Position numbers and translations under genes: made by a program. From Mobula hypostoma (taxonomy: Eukaryota), in contig NC_086109.1 of the NCBI RefSeq assembly GCF_963921235.1, forward strand, positions 24,740,001 to 24,804,000: a DNA stretch of 64,000 nt, read 5' to 3'. Below the pieces are notes generated by a model, which had not been told where the DNA came from, ran no database searches, and saw only the letters and a list, made by a program, of their open reading frames with translations. Of this stretch, positions 36,761 to 49,525 are shown in pieces. Position 1 is the stretch's first letter. Each line of letters begins with the position of its first letter.

Positions 36761-37852
36761 TATACGGAAAAACTAATAAGTAGCCAGGGAAAGGCAGACA
36801 TTGATCAGCAGAGATGTGTGTATAAAAATAGGTTCATGCTTAAATTAGAGAGCAATGTCTTCTTAAATAGATATAATCATGAGATAAATAGGTCAATTGA
36901 TAAGTTTTAACAGACCATTCAATAGTTAATAGTCTATTGTGGATTATTATGCACGGATCAATAGACTTGCCAGAATACAAACTTAGTTAAATAGATACTG
37001 ATTAATAATTATTGGATTGCTAGAAAACAGGTAGAAATATATCCTTAGGTATTAATGTGCCCAATGAAGTGCCATCACCTGATGATACTCTAAATCAATA
37101 ATTGAAGAGCACGTCAAGCCGATTGGACACACTCAGTAAATTAATAAGCAGAAAAAAAAGCGATATAGTTCAATAAGTGAATTAGTCGTCAGTGTCAAAT
37201 ATCCCATCACTGAAAACTGCATGAACGGAAAGCTGTCAAGAAGCATCTCACCCGCTCAAGGGAGATCACTGATGCCTTGATCTGCTGTTCACTTGGCAAA
37301 CACCTTCTGGACCAACACCATTACCTCATCAAGGACCAATGATCAACTTTATTCACCGTGTACATGGACATGCATTAGTAATTTTCCGTGGTGTGTTGGA
37401 GCTACATACAACAAAACAACAACATTGAACAATTATAAAGAATAAAGAATTATATAAAAATAAGCTGGAGGTTAAAGTACAGATAGGGAATAAAATGTGC
37501 ATAATAATATGTGCAGTGAAGCATTAAGTGAATTCAGTCAAATGCCACTGGGGTCAGTGGTTTGTTTATAACAGATAATTATAGTTGAGGAATTGAAAGA
37601 TGCCTTTGGTAATCTATGGGCAGTTTCCTCACACCCTATATTGTGGCATGAGCTACTATGAAGCATCGTTGTTGCTTTATCATTCCCAATACAATATGAC
37701 TCCTCACCTGACAATTGGTCTTAGATGTAGTCACTTCAGTTGGGAACAATCAAAAGGACTTGTGGCATAAGCAGAACCAAAATAGTGTGATAAAATTAAA
37801 ATAGCCTGTATAGTGGCATTTGAAGTGACTGACTCATTGTTAGTTAGAACGT

Positions 37853-39425
37853 TAGAGCATAGAAACTGGTCCCTTGGACCATTTAGTCCAAGCCGAACTA
37901 TTAATATGCCTTGTCCCATCAATCTGCACCTGGACCGTAGCCATCACACCTCTCCCATCCATGTACCTATCCAAATTTAGATTATGAGATGACTCAGTCC
38001 TCTTTTATTGTCATTTAGAAATGCATACATGCATTAAGAAATGATACAAAGTTTCTCCGGAGTGATATCACAGAAAACAAGACAGACTAAAGACTAGCAC
38101 TGACAGAACCACATAATTATAACATACAGTTACAGCAGTGCAAAGCAATACCATAATTTGATAAAGAACAGACCATAGACACAGTAAAAAAAAGCTTCAA
38201 AGTCCCGAGTCGATCGACTCCCGAGTCCCTAATAGCAGGCAGCAAAAGAGAGAAAGTCCCTGCCATAAACCTCCAGGCACCGTCAACTTGCCGATACCTT
38301 GGAGGAAGCCGACCCCAGCTGACCCAGAGTCCATCAGTCCGAAAACTCCGAGCTTCCGAGCAGCCTCTCTGATACAGCCTCCCGAGCGCCATCCTCTGCT
38401 GAGCGCCTTTGACCTCTCCCTGGCTGCTGAAACACACAAAGCCGAGGATTTCTGGGCCTTCAGCTCCGGAGATTCCGGTTACCACACAGTAGCAGCAGTA
38501 GCAAAGCAAGCATTTCAGAAGTTTTCCAGATGTTCCGCTGTGCTCTCACGTCTGACGCTATCAAATCAGGATTGTGCACAGTGCCCTACTTGACAAATAA
38601 CAGATATTCATCACCGAAGTGGCCGTGCGCACTGTCGTCACGCCACCATTTTCTCCACCCTCCTGGGAGGATTACAATTTCTCTTAAATGTTGAAATCAA
38701 ACCCGCATCCATCTCTTTCACTGACAGCTCATCCTACACTCTTACAACTCTCTGAGTGAAGAGGTTCTTCCTCATAATCCCCTTAAACATTTCATTTTTC
38801 ACCCTTAAACCATGAACTCTGGTTCTAGTCTCACTCAACCTCAAGGAAAAAAGCCAACTTGCATTTACCCCATCTATGCACCTCATAATTTTGTATACCT
38901 ATGTAAAATCTCCCCTCATTCTCTGATACTCCAGGGAATAAAGTCATAACCTATAACCTTTCCTTACAACCCAGGTCCTCAAGCCCCGGGAACATCCTAA
39001 TAAATTTTGTCTGTGGTTTTCAATCTTATTGATATTCTTCCTGTAGGTAGGTAACCAAAACTGCACACAATGCTCCCAATTAGGCCTCACCAATATCGTA
39101 TACAACCTCAACGTAACATCCTAACTCCGGCACTCAGTACTTTGATTTATGAAGATCAATACGTCAAGGGCTCTCTTTATGACCCTACCAACCTGTGACG
39201 CAACTTTCAAGTGATAATGGATCTGTATTCCCAGATTGATATTTGCTTTGAACTTGCACAGTCCTATCCATACACATTTTTCCTCCCCCTATCAAATTTC
39301 CCCTCATTCTCCTATGCTCTAGGATTGAAATCCTAACCTATTCAACCTTTCCCTAAAACTCAGGGCCTCAAGTCCTAGCAACATCCTTGTAAATTTTCTT
39401 TGCACTGCGGCCTTGATTACAGCCT
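37853..39425 (-). mobile_element. CR1 3' fragments, interrupted at 37979-38670
   Basis: Similar to 10855-11250; minus strand VQRKFTRMLLGLEALSFRERLNRLG. Confidence 0.8.
37979..38670 (-). mobile_element. Non-coding, non-autonomous retroelement (~690 bp), copy 1
   Basis: Splits CR1 at CCAAATTT|CTCTTAAATG; homologous to 46534-47125 and 48901-49525; minus-strand 3' end AATAAAAGAGGACTGAGTC...ATAATCTA. Confidence 0.75.
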
Positions 39426-39939
39426 TGTTTTTGCCCTTTGCATGAGAGTTCAGATAAATAATTTCATTGCTCTTCTTTGTCATTTGAATCTTCCCAATCA
39501 ATCCGGTCTAGGATTTGAAACTGTTTATCTTCCGGAGAATGACTCATTTCAATTATTTCAAATAATCCATTATAAACTCATTTGTCTTGTTCAAAACATC
39601 TAATTTCCTAAAATTAATTCTAAACTAACATCAATTCTTGTTTGTTTACAGTCTGCTTCAAGACTTATTTACATCAGAGTTTCCTAACCAGCAGAAATTT
39701 CAAAGCACTTCTTGGCAGCAATCGGAAGTCTGAAATCAAAACACAAAACAAAATCTCATGCTATAAGGCAGATGTTAATGTGGGTGACAGCGGTTAACAA
39801 TATTGGGTGTTATAAGCTTAATATTTGTCTTGAGGCAATATGGTAGCCAGGGAAGATACCAATCTAAGTAACAGTAAGTCAGTAATGATTTTTGTGATCA
39901 TCTTTGCCATGTGAGCACCACGGACTATTACGACTGAGA

Positions 39940-40235
39940 TACTGGTGAAAGGAACATGCAGTGACAGAAACAGGCCCTTCAGTCCACAAGGTTCTGCCAA
40001 ACTAATTAAACAAATGACACCTAATCCTTTCTGACCACACGTGGTCTATATCCTCTGCATATTCATGAGCCTTCTTTAGAGTCTCTAAAATACCTCTATC
40101 ATATCTGCTCCACCACACTCCTGATAGCACATTCCAGGCACCCATAACTTTCCATGTTAAAGATCTGCCCCACGCACCTCCTTTGAACTTTCTGTCTCTT
40201 GTCTTATGTGCTTGCCCTCTGATATTTGTATCTGT
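39940..40235 (-). mobile_element. Decayed CR1 3' end
   Basis: GAAACAGGCCCTTCAGTCCAC tail region; RKFKG...MGAWNVL on minus strand. Confidence 0.65.
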
Positions 40236-40564
40236 ATTGCACTTAACATAACGACAGGATAATCTGGAGTTCTTTATAGCCTTTTGATATACTACCATTT
40301 TGATGAATGACGTGAGGAATTACGGCAGCTAATAAGAAGGTCCCACTAAGATCAATGAAATGCTTCAATTGGTCCTGATGTGTCACGGAATTCATAGCTC
40401 CACAAGCAATACACACTTTCCCGTGTCCTGGAGCCCTGGCTGTCATGGGCATTCTATGAGGCAGAGAGCTTCGTAAGTGATTATTAGGCCTCTGGCAGCT
40501 GATCCATGAAACTGGAATGCCTCCAGACCCCTATCAGTTCATGCTATCCAGTATCCTTACTGTT

Positions 40565-41478
40565 TCTTAAGGTCTTCATAGGTTCAACCTGTCACCAACA
40601 GGTTTGATAAGCTTCTAAAGATGCACAGTGAAGAGTATTCTAATTGGTTGCATTAAAATCTGGTCTGAAAACACCAACGCCCAGGGATGGAAAATGGTGG
40701 ATGCAACCCAGTCAGTCACAGGCAAAGCCCCTTGCCCCAACTCCCAATTTCTCAATACATTACATGGAGCACTGCCACGAGAAAGCAGCATCCATCCTCA
40801 AAGACTACCACTGTCCAGGCCATGCCCTTCTCTCACTACCAACATCAAGCATGTAAGGCATCCGTTAGTCTTGCGAGACCATGGATCTGCGCCTGGAAAG
40901 TCTTCACTCTCCAGGGCGCAGGCCTGGGCAAGGTTGTATGGAAGACCAGCAGTTGCCCATGCTGCAAGTCTCCCCTCTCCACGACACCAATGTTGTCCAA
41001 GGGAAGGGCATTAGGACCCATACAGCTTGGCACCAGTGTCGTCGCAGAGCAATGTGAGATTAAGTGCCTTGCTCAAGACGTTCCCTCGGCTGGGGCTCGA
41101 ACTCACGACCTTCAGGTCGCTAGTCCAATGCCTTAACCACTTGGTCACGTGCCCACACCAACATCAAGCAGAAGCTATACAAAAGCCTTACGATCATCAG
41201 TTCCCTGAATCAGCATAGATAGCTTCAATCTGAAATGATTCTACCGCCTAGAGACTTACTTTCAAGACTCTTTACAGCTCATGTTCTCAGTATTTCTTTT
41301 TATTTGCACAGTTCGTCTTTTTTTGCTCATTGGTTGTTTATCAGTCTTTGTCTGTTTATGTACAGTTTGTTGTAAAATTCTATTGCATTTCTTTTTCCCT
41401 GTTAATGCCTGAAAGAACATGAATCTCAAGGTAGTATATAGTAACACATAAGTACTTTAATAATCAATTTGAACTTTA
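40565..41478 (+). mobile_element. Decayed Rex/Babar-like LINE 3' fragment hosting a SINE
   Basis: VKSILIGCIKIW and KAASILKDYHCPGHALLSLP motifs. Confidence 0.65.
40852..41156 (-). mobile_element. tRNA-head SINE with CORE-like segment and tail shared with 26572-27014
   Basis: Perfect 14-bp TSD ACCAACATCAAGCA (40838-40851, 41157-41170); A box TGACCAAGTGG, B box AGTTCGAGCC, CTTGAGCAAGGCACTTAA. Confidence 0.9.
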
Positions 41479-42144
41479 CATATAATCAGGAACACTCTTA
41501 ATCAGTTGTGAAAAGTTTAAATAATTTTAAAAATAAAACAAAACTAGTAATACATTAATTTGAAAAACAATCTAATGTAAATTGATTAAAGCATTGATTT
41601 AAATTAAAACAATAGTTAAAAGAATAAATGTAGCTGTAGTACTTAACCAACTGTGGATAATGTAAAGCCAAAGGTCCAAAACTAACTCCTCAGCTTTGTG
41701 TGTGGTAGGACAGGTTCATTGGAAGATGTCAGGTGCAGGGGCAATCATGTTTTATGTAGCTGTGTGTAGGTGCTGATGTGCTGGCACATGAGGCTTGCTG
41801 GCAATTTTCTACCGAAACAACAAGAAGCTGTTAGTACAATCTAGCATCATATCATGACCTAGAATTTTGGTTGTGTGGTACCCATGATTTAGGAACAGCA
41901 GTGGGCTGCTTTGACTCTTTTGCCTGTCCAAGCGTTAAATTAAATTAGGGTCAATCTGTGACCCTCTTTTTCACTTTGGACCCCAGGGTGAACAAAGTTC
42001 TTTCAAACTTCAATTTTAAACTTACTATTCACTTAGCATTAATTATCGCTTGTGGGAGAGAGTACAACATTTGTGTACAGAACAGTCATGTCTCTTTGTA
42101 ATTCAGCCCATGTATCATTCACATGCCTGCCTCCAAGACCAATA

Positions 42145-43089
42145 CAATGGAATCTGGTTAATTGGGACACTTTGGGGCCAGTACATTTTGGCCCACTTAG
42201 GTGGCTGCCAGAATTAGTCGAAGTTTCATGGAAACAGTTAAAAGGGTATAAAAAAGACAAAGTACCATTTAACTGAATAACAAATTATGTTTAAATGAAA
42301 TGCAGAACAAATTCAAACACTACCAATACTACTACAGTACAATAAAACTGTATACTCCTAATGGTTATTGATGGAAAAATTAATTCAGGTATTTGCTACC
42401 ATGTTCCTTCAATCGGCTGTAAATGAACAAATTAGCACAGACACCAAGGGTAATATTTCCAGCTAGTGTCAAATCTTTTCATGGCATCTTGGCAAGGATC
42501 TGAAATTCTGTGAAGTCCAAATAAAAAAATAAAATAATAAAAGTAACATACATCAAAGTTGCTGGTGAACGCAGCAGGCCAAGCAGCATCTATAGGAAGA
42601 GGCGCAGTCGACGTTTCAGGCCGAGACCTGACCGAGACCCTTCGTCAGGTCTCGGCCTGAAACGTCGACTGCGCCTCTTCCTATAGATGCTGCTTGGCCT
42701 GCTGCGTTCACCAGCAACTTTGATGTATGTTGCTTGAATTTCCAGCATCTGCAGAATTCCTGTTGTTTGAAAATAATAAAAGTCACTGCTTTTTGAATTG
42801 GCATCCCCCAGCCCAAATGGATAACATAACACAAGCACACAAAACTGGTACTATTTAAAAACTGTTCAATGTAAGCATAATGTGGAGTCTAACAGGCAAA
42901 TAAGTGCACACAACAGACATTGGTTAGAAACATTCAGCAATAGTCCTCTTTCCCAATTAAGTAGCGTAGTGTCCCAAACAAACAAACAGAATCCCGGCTA
43001 TTTTCTTGATTAGCTTTTGTTCTTTGAGAGTTGTCCCAAATAACTGGCTGCCCTGATTAACTGATGGCCCAATTAACCAGAATCTACTG
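42145..43089. mobile_element. Non-autonomous pogo/Tigger-like DNA transposon
   Basis: TIRs CAATGGAATCTGGTTAATTGGG / CAGTAGATTCTGGTTAATTGGG; TA on left, CA on right; no transposase ORF. Confidence 0.75.
42545..42769 (+). mobile_element. PLE-derived perfect hairpin insertion
   Basis: Perfect 88-bp inverted arms 42545-42632 and 42644-42731, 11-nt loop; 14-bp TSD AAAATAATAAAAGT (42531-42544, 42770-42783). Confidence 0.92.
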
Positions 43090-44709
43090 CAAAATGCTTC
43101 TCAGACTTGTAGCCCACAGGTACTTAATTGCATGCAGACTGTCTGCTACCTCCTATATGGGCAAAACAGGACACAGGCCTCATTCACTTTCCCCTAAGGA
43201 TAAAAATTAGGGACATAGTCCATTTAAATCTTATCTACTTTAGTACTGTATTGGAATAATAGTTTGCCTTCACCATCACATTCAGAAATACTGTGCTTAG
43301 GAATCACCTGCAAACAGCAGGGAAATAATTACTCGGTAACCCCATTGCTTCAGCCCAGCATGAGATGGCCTTCTTACAGCATTCTGATTGCAACAATTCT
43401 GGTCCTTGTGACACCAATCATCCCCTGTTACACACAATCTATAGATTCCACAATCCCTGATCCTTCTCCACTCACACCTACCTCTGTTTCTCTCCATTAA
43501 GCTCTGCTGCCTATCAACATTCTTGTTCTTGTTCCTGTTAACCTTAATCCATCTCCCCTTGTTTTTTATTGCAGTTTCTATTGCAATCAAAATTGGAACT
43601 GAGCACTTCAGTTAGCAATTCTAATCCTTCAGGAATTCTGAACTGTTTCTGGAATCTCCTTGAACAGCAATAGAAGTTGAAGACAAGAATCCCAACTGTG
43701 CTGGGTCTCATGCTTAGATGTCAACTGGGTTCACCACAAATTGGCAATTGTGACATGTGGCTTTCCTCCTACTGTCTCAAGAAACCTCAGCCTCAGGAAT
43801 ACTACACCTGTTCTTATCTGAACTGATGTGGATGTGGGTGTGGGTAGGGTAGCTTGAAGCTGCACAATCAATAGACCCACATCCTTCTTGTCAAACACCA
43901 GCAGAGAAAGACAATTCAAATATTAAGCACAAATAGCAGAATCAGATTAAATATTCACTGGTAATACTTATGTGGTTAACTTTCCTGAAAACTTCTGTAG
44001 CACTTTATGATAAGGCTGACAAATTAATCTCAAATCATAACTCTCATCAATCTCTGCCAGCTGCACTTTAGACTTAATTGGCTACCCCCTGCTGAGAGCT
44101 CAGACTATCACTTAAACCCTTACTTCCTTAGAAATGGAAAAACTGTCGTCAGCTGCCTGTTAACCCTGATGTCTCACTGGGCTGTCATTAGATCAATTGA
44201 TGTTGGGAATTATTTCCTGCTGGACATTACATATCCACCAGTAACCTCTTATCTTCTTTCTACACTTAAGCCTACTGAAGGAGCTGAATGTGTCTTACAA
44301 ATTGTTCAATACCAGCTCTGCTAACAGCCTTTCTTTACTTAATATATTCAATAAATGTAAAAACTTTCAAAATCCATCAGGTATAATTTCTTTCTGGCTC
44401 TCCAGAATAACATTATAAAAGCTGGGATATGGTTTGACAGCTGTGGACAACTTCCACGGTCTTTACTCTATTAACATATATCAAGGATCACCCTGTCAGG
44501 TCCTTGAACCAACCTGAAAAATTCTAACAGTACCTCAGACAATATTTCTTTTTTCTCTCCCTCCCCTTGCACTAATAGCATTTATTGATTTTTTCGTATA
44601 AGTTACATATAATTTGTGTCTGCCATGTTTGTAATGGACCGTGCTGTTGCTGCAAAAAAAAAAGAGCTAATTGTCATGGTATTTTACCTGGGGTATTTTA
44701 TTTACTTCA

Positions 44710-44895
44710 TTTAGAGATGCAGCATGTTAACAGGGCCCTCTAGCTCAATGAGCTCGTTCCACCCTATTACACCCATGTGACCAATTAACCTACTAACCCG
44801 TATGTCTTTGGAAGGAAACTGGAGCACCCAAAGGATGCACTCAAGGTCATGGGGAGAACGTACAAACTCCTTACAAACAGCGGCGGAAATGAACT
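44710..44895 (-). mobile_element. V-SINE fragment
   Basis: GGAAACTGGAGCACCC...GGGGAGAACGTACAAACTCCTTACA. Confidence 0.7.
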
Positions 44896-45829
44896 CTTCC
44901 ATCCGCACAATGGGTACATATGTCTACGGTGAAAAACTTGAACTATAAGAAGCACTGTAGTGTGCATTGTAAACATCATTGGACATTTCACAGCCAAATA
45001 TGACATACCCTGTGTGCACATATATAAATGCAATAAATAAATCCTATCTAACCTTGCTCCGTCTTTAAGGATGCTCGTTAAAATATAAGTTTTGGATTAA
45101 AATTTTCTCATCTATTTTACTGGCTCCTTCTTGGATCTGGTGTCAAAATACATATGAAGCAGTTTGAGATATATCACTGTATTAGAATGCTTTATGCAGG
45201 TTTGTTTTGTTTGAATGTAAATACACTTTTTTAGCTCAATGCATTAGGTTTGAACTAGGGGAGGGCAGATGTCAAATGGTACTTATTTACATAGTGCCTA
45301 CCATGCAAGGAAACTGAAATATGTGTGTTGGATTGAACAGAATTAGAAGTATTAGGCAAGGTGACGGAAGCTCTAATTGAAGTGGTATGTTTTAAGAAGG
45401 CTTTTGAGTGTGAAGAGAAGTAGACCAAAGTCTGATGCTCTGGGAAGTGACTCAGAATCTTGAGATGTAAACTTACTAATAAAGGAGATGTATGTGCAAT
45501 AGAAGAGTGGAAAGTGTGAGTTGAGATTGTGAAAATTGACAGGACCCCACACAGGTAAGGATGAGAACTTGGAAGTTTGTCACTAGAGATCCAGCAAAAA
45601 TAAACCAATAGTGAACATGCCCATAAATATTATCACACTGTATCCTTTAGATTTCACAAAGATCTCCTTATTCAATAGTCCTTGAAATATAGTGTTTGCT
45701 GTTGTGTAGGAAAAACAGTAACAGGTGTGACTTTGAACATCAGAATTCCAATGAGTTGTAACTTGTTTTGTTTGAAGTTAGGAAGATAAAGGGAAATCCT
45801 TCAGGAAATCAATCCTGGAACAATAAATA

Positions 45830-46270
45830 AGAGTTCAGCACGTCAAGGAAACCAGTGTCCTCTTCATGGGCCACATCTTTTCGCTCCCTCAATAAAGCAG
45901 CCAGCAAAATCAAAGACCACACCCTCCATTGTCATCCTTTCTTCTCACTTTCTTTGGGCATAAGATACCAAAACCTGAAAGCATGTAAGACCAGGCTCAA
46001 GGACAACTTGTGTTCTGCTGTTACTGTATAAGACTATTGGATGGTTCCCTAGGTAGACTCTTGACCTCACAACCTACCTTTTTATGATCTTGCACCTTAT
46101 TGTTTACCTGCACTGCACTTTCTCAGAAGCTGTTACACTTTATTCTGTACTCTGTTATTGCTTTTCCTTGTTCTACCTCAATGCACCATGTCATGATTTC
46201 ATCTGTACGAACAGAATGCAAGTCAGGTTTTTCACTGCATCTCAGTGCACATTACAATAATAAACCAGTT
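45830..46270 (+). mobile_element. Decayed Rex/Babar-like 3' end
   Basis: KAASKIKD and ACCAGGCTCAAGGACAAC motifs, AATAAACC tail. Confidence 0.55.
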
Positions 46271-46533
46271 CCAATTCTATTTCCAAATGATAAAAAAGGA
46301 TGTTTCATAAACAGTATTGGTGGTGAATCAGAATATCTCCTACTTCAGAAGTAGCTCAAAGTGGTCTTGACAATAGATCCGACCTAATTTACTGTTCACC
46401 ATAAACCGGAGATGCCATGATCTATGCACTTCAGTTGGGTTTGGTTATTGATATACTTGTAATGTTATTTATGATGAGTTACAATTGATTGCTGTTGAGC
46501 AGAGTGTTAATAAATTTGGAGTTCGCCTACTAT

Positions 46534-47125
46534 TAGATTATGAGAACACTCAGTCCTCGTATATTGTCATTTAGAAATGCATGCATGCATTAAGAAATGA
46601 TACAATGTTCCTCCAGAGTGATATCACAGAAAAACAGAACAAAACAAAGACTAACACTGACAGAACTACATAATTATAACATATAGTTACAGCAGTGCAA
46701 AGCAATACCATAATTTGATAAAGAACAGACCATGGACACGGTAAAAAAAGTCTCAAAGTCCCGAGTCAACCGACTCCCGAGTCCCTGATAGCAGGCGGCA
46801 AAGGGAGAAACTCCCTGCCATAAACCTCCAGGCACCGACAACTGCTGATGCATTGGAAGCAGCCGACCACAGCCGACACTAGGTCCATCTGTCCGAAAAC
46901 TTCAAGCCTCCAACCAGCCCCTCCGATACAGTCTCGCCTTCAACCTCGTCCTGGCCGCCAAAACAAACAAAGCCAAGGATTCGAGGCCTTTTCCTCCGGA
47001 GATTCTGGATCACACAGTAGCAGCGGCAGCAAAGCAGGCATTTCAGAAGTTTCTCTAGATGTTCCTCCGTACTCTCACGTCTGTCTCCATCAAATCAGAA
47101 TTGTGCACGGTCCCCTACTTGACAT
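46534..47125 (-). mobile_element. Non-coding, non-autonomous retroelement, copy 2 (5'-truncated)
   Basis: Colinear with 37979-38595. Confidence 0.8.
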
Positions 47126-47189
47126 TGTATTAACTAATACAAAGTCCAATTATGTCCTTTTAAAGTTGTTTTATTTATTTTTGAGAGGT

Positions 47190-47380
47190 TGTATGGTTCA
47201 GATCCTTCTGGCTGAATTACATCCATATTCAATGGGATTAACCTACTAACCTATACATCTTTGGAATGTGGGAGGAAACAGGAACACCCAGAGCACCCTT
47301 TAGAGACAGCAGTGGGAAACTAACCCAGTCACAGGCACTGTAATAGTGTTACATTAACTGCTACAGCACTGTGCCACCCT
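47190..47380 (-). mobile_element. V-SINE, internally deleted
   Basis: TCTTTGGAATGTGGGAGGAAAC...CACTGTGCCACCC. Confidence 0.6.
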
Positions 47381-48119
47381 GGAACAAATGTATGAATGCT
47401 GTATAAATGTTCACGAGAGAAACCGGCCTGTTATATATTCCAGGATGTGAGTTATGAGGTTGGAGAAATCTCCCCAGAAGTTCCATGATTGGCTGAAGAA
47501 TGAGTGAATCGAATAGCTTTCATGGTTGGATAAACTGGATGGATTCAATCCAATAGTCAGAATATTCTGCTCTAATGTGATGGATTTACAATGAATCCTA
47601 TGTTGCTCAACAAGAGGAACACCAAGAATATTATAGATTAATGCTAAGATAATTTTTTCATGTGATGTAAAACCATTTCATTTCATATATTAAATAAAAA
47701 ACATGTCTGCATAGCCAGAAATTGAAGCATTTCAAATTTGTGCACTTATTTATCACTCTCTATCTTTAGACCGTCTCAAGATTATTTCAAAGATCCAAGT
47801 TTCTTTCTGCTTTCTCCCAGGTTTGTGATTGGTCATGTTTTAATTCCTATTTTGTGGAGCCTTGGTAATGGTACACATAATCAGGACTATTCCAATACTG
47901 AGAGATATTAACAGGAATACAACATCTGCTTTGAACCACGAACCTTGGGATGACAGGTCAAACCCTAAGCAGAAGATCTTTCAGTTAGATAGGTGCTAAG
48001 TGGAATAGGATATCCAAAAATGTAGTGTCTTGAATCTTTCCTAGATAGAAAACTGGAATCAGTAATCTTGAATTGCTTTGAAGTTTAGGACAGAATCATG
48101 GGATCATTGAATAACATAC

Positions 48120-48760
48120 AACTGATAGAAACCATTCATCCCAGTCAGTACAGAACAGAGCTTCCTCCTGTAATGTTTGTGTTGACCATGGTGTCATATT
48201 ATCTGAGCTTATCTAGCTGCACAGGATTCATGTAACTCCATATACTTATCTAAAGGCTTTTTAAATGCCACCATCATATCTGCTTTCACTACTGCCCCTG
48301 CTAGTGCACTCAAGACATCGACCACCATCTGTGTAAAAATTTACCTGGTACCTCTTTAAACTTCTCTCTTTTACCTTAAAGCAGGGGTTCCCAACATTTT
48401 TTCTGGCATGGACCCGTACCATTAACCGAGGGGTTCGTGGACCTCAGGTTTGGAATCCCTGCCTTAAAGCCTTTGGTATTTCACATTTATAGATTAGGAA
48501 AAACACTCTGACTATCTATCCCCTCTATGCCTCAAATAATTTTATGAACCTCTATCAGCTCTCTCTTCTGCCTCCAATAATCTTGAGAAAATACTCTATA
48601 ATCCAGGCAGCATCCTGTTCAAACATCTCCAAAGCTCCAGATGCTTCCTGTAAAGGGTGGACCAGAACTGTACACAATACTCCAAGTGGCCTAAATAAAG
48701 TTTTATACAGGTGCAACATTACTTCCTTGCTCTTATACAGTACTCAATGACCCGACTGAT
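48120..48760 (-). mobile_element. Decayed CR1 3' fragments
   Basis: ACCAGAACTGTACACAATACTCCAAGTGGCCT (RPLGVLCTVL / LEYCVQFW region) and CR1-like tail. Confidence 0.65.
48382..48461. mobile_element. 80-bp hAT (Charlie-like) MITE
   Basis: Perfect 8-bp TSD CCTTAAAG (48374-48381, 48462-48469); TIRs CAGGGGTTCCCAAC / CAGGGATTCCAAAC. Confidence 0.9.
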
Positions 48761-48900
48761 GAGGACTATGTTTCTGGGTATTTCAAAATTGTTTCTCACA
48801 CTTCCTTGCCTCTCTCCTATATCCCTGCATTTTTTTTTCGCTCATATATATAAATCCAATTCTAATCTGAAATGTACAGTTGAATCTCTTTCACATTCAA

Positions 48901-49525
48901 AGGCGGGAGGAGGAGACAGCAGCACACTGCGCATGTGCAGCCCTCCGGTGAAAATGATATCATACCCTTTAAATAGGGGCCGTGGACAATTCTGATTTGA
49001 TGGAGACAGATGTGAAAGCACAGAGGAACATCTGGAGAAATTTCTGAAATGCAGGTTCGCTACTGCTGTTACTGGGCGATCGAGAATCTTCTGAGGGAAG
49101 GCCCCAAAATCCCTGGCTTTGCCTGCTGTTGGCGACCGAGATTGAGGTCGAATTGTTCGGGTAGAGATGGTGCTCGGTACTGGGTGTCAGAGAGCTGATC
49201 GGAGGCTTGAAGTTTTCGGACGACTCAGAGTCGGACTGTGGTCGGGCATGGCAGGGAGAGCTTTTCTTCCTACTCCCGTCTGCGTGAGATGTGGGACATT
49301 TGAGAGAATTTGAACTTTTTACTGTGCCATGGACTGTTCTTCATCAAGTTATGGTATTGTTGCACTGTTGTAACTATATGTTATAATTACGTGGTTTTGT
49401 TAGTTTTTTTCAGTCTTGGTCTGTCCTGTATTTTGTGATGTCACACCGGAGGAAATATTGTATTATTTCTTAATGCATGCATTACTAAATGACAGTAAAA
49501 GAGGACTGCGTGTCTTCATAATCTA
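48901..49525 (+). mobile_element. Non-coding, non-autonomous retroelement, copy 3 (divergent subfamily)
   Basis: Shares GGAACATCTGGA...TTCTGAAATGC and the 3' end AAAAGAGGACTG...CATAATCTA with copies 1 and 2. Confidence 0.75.
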
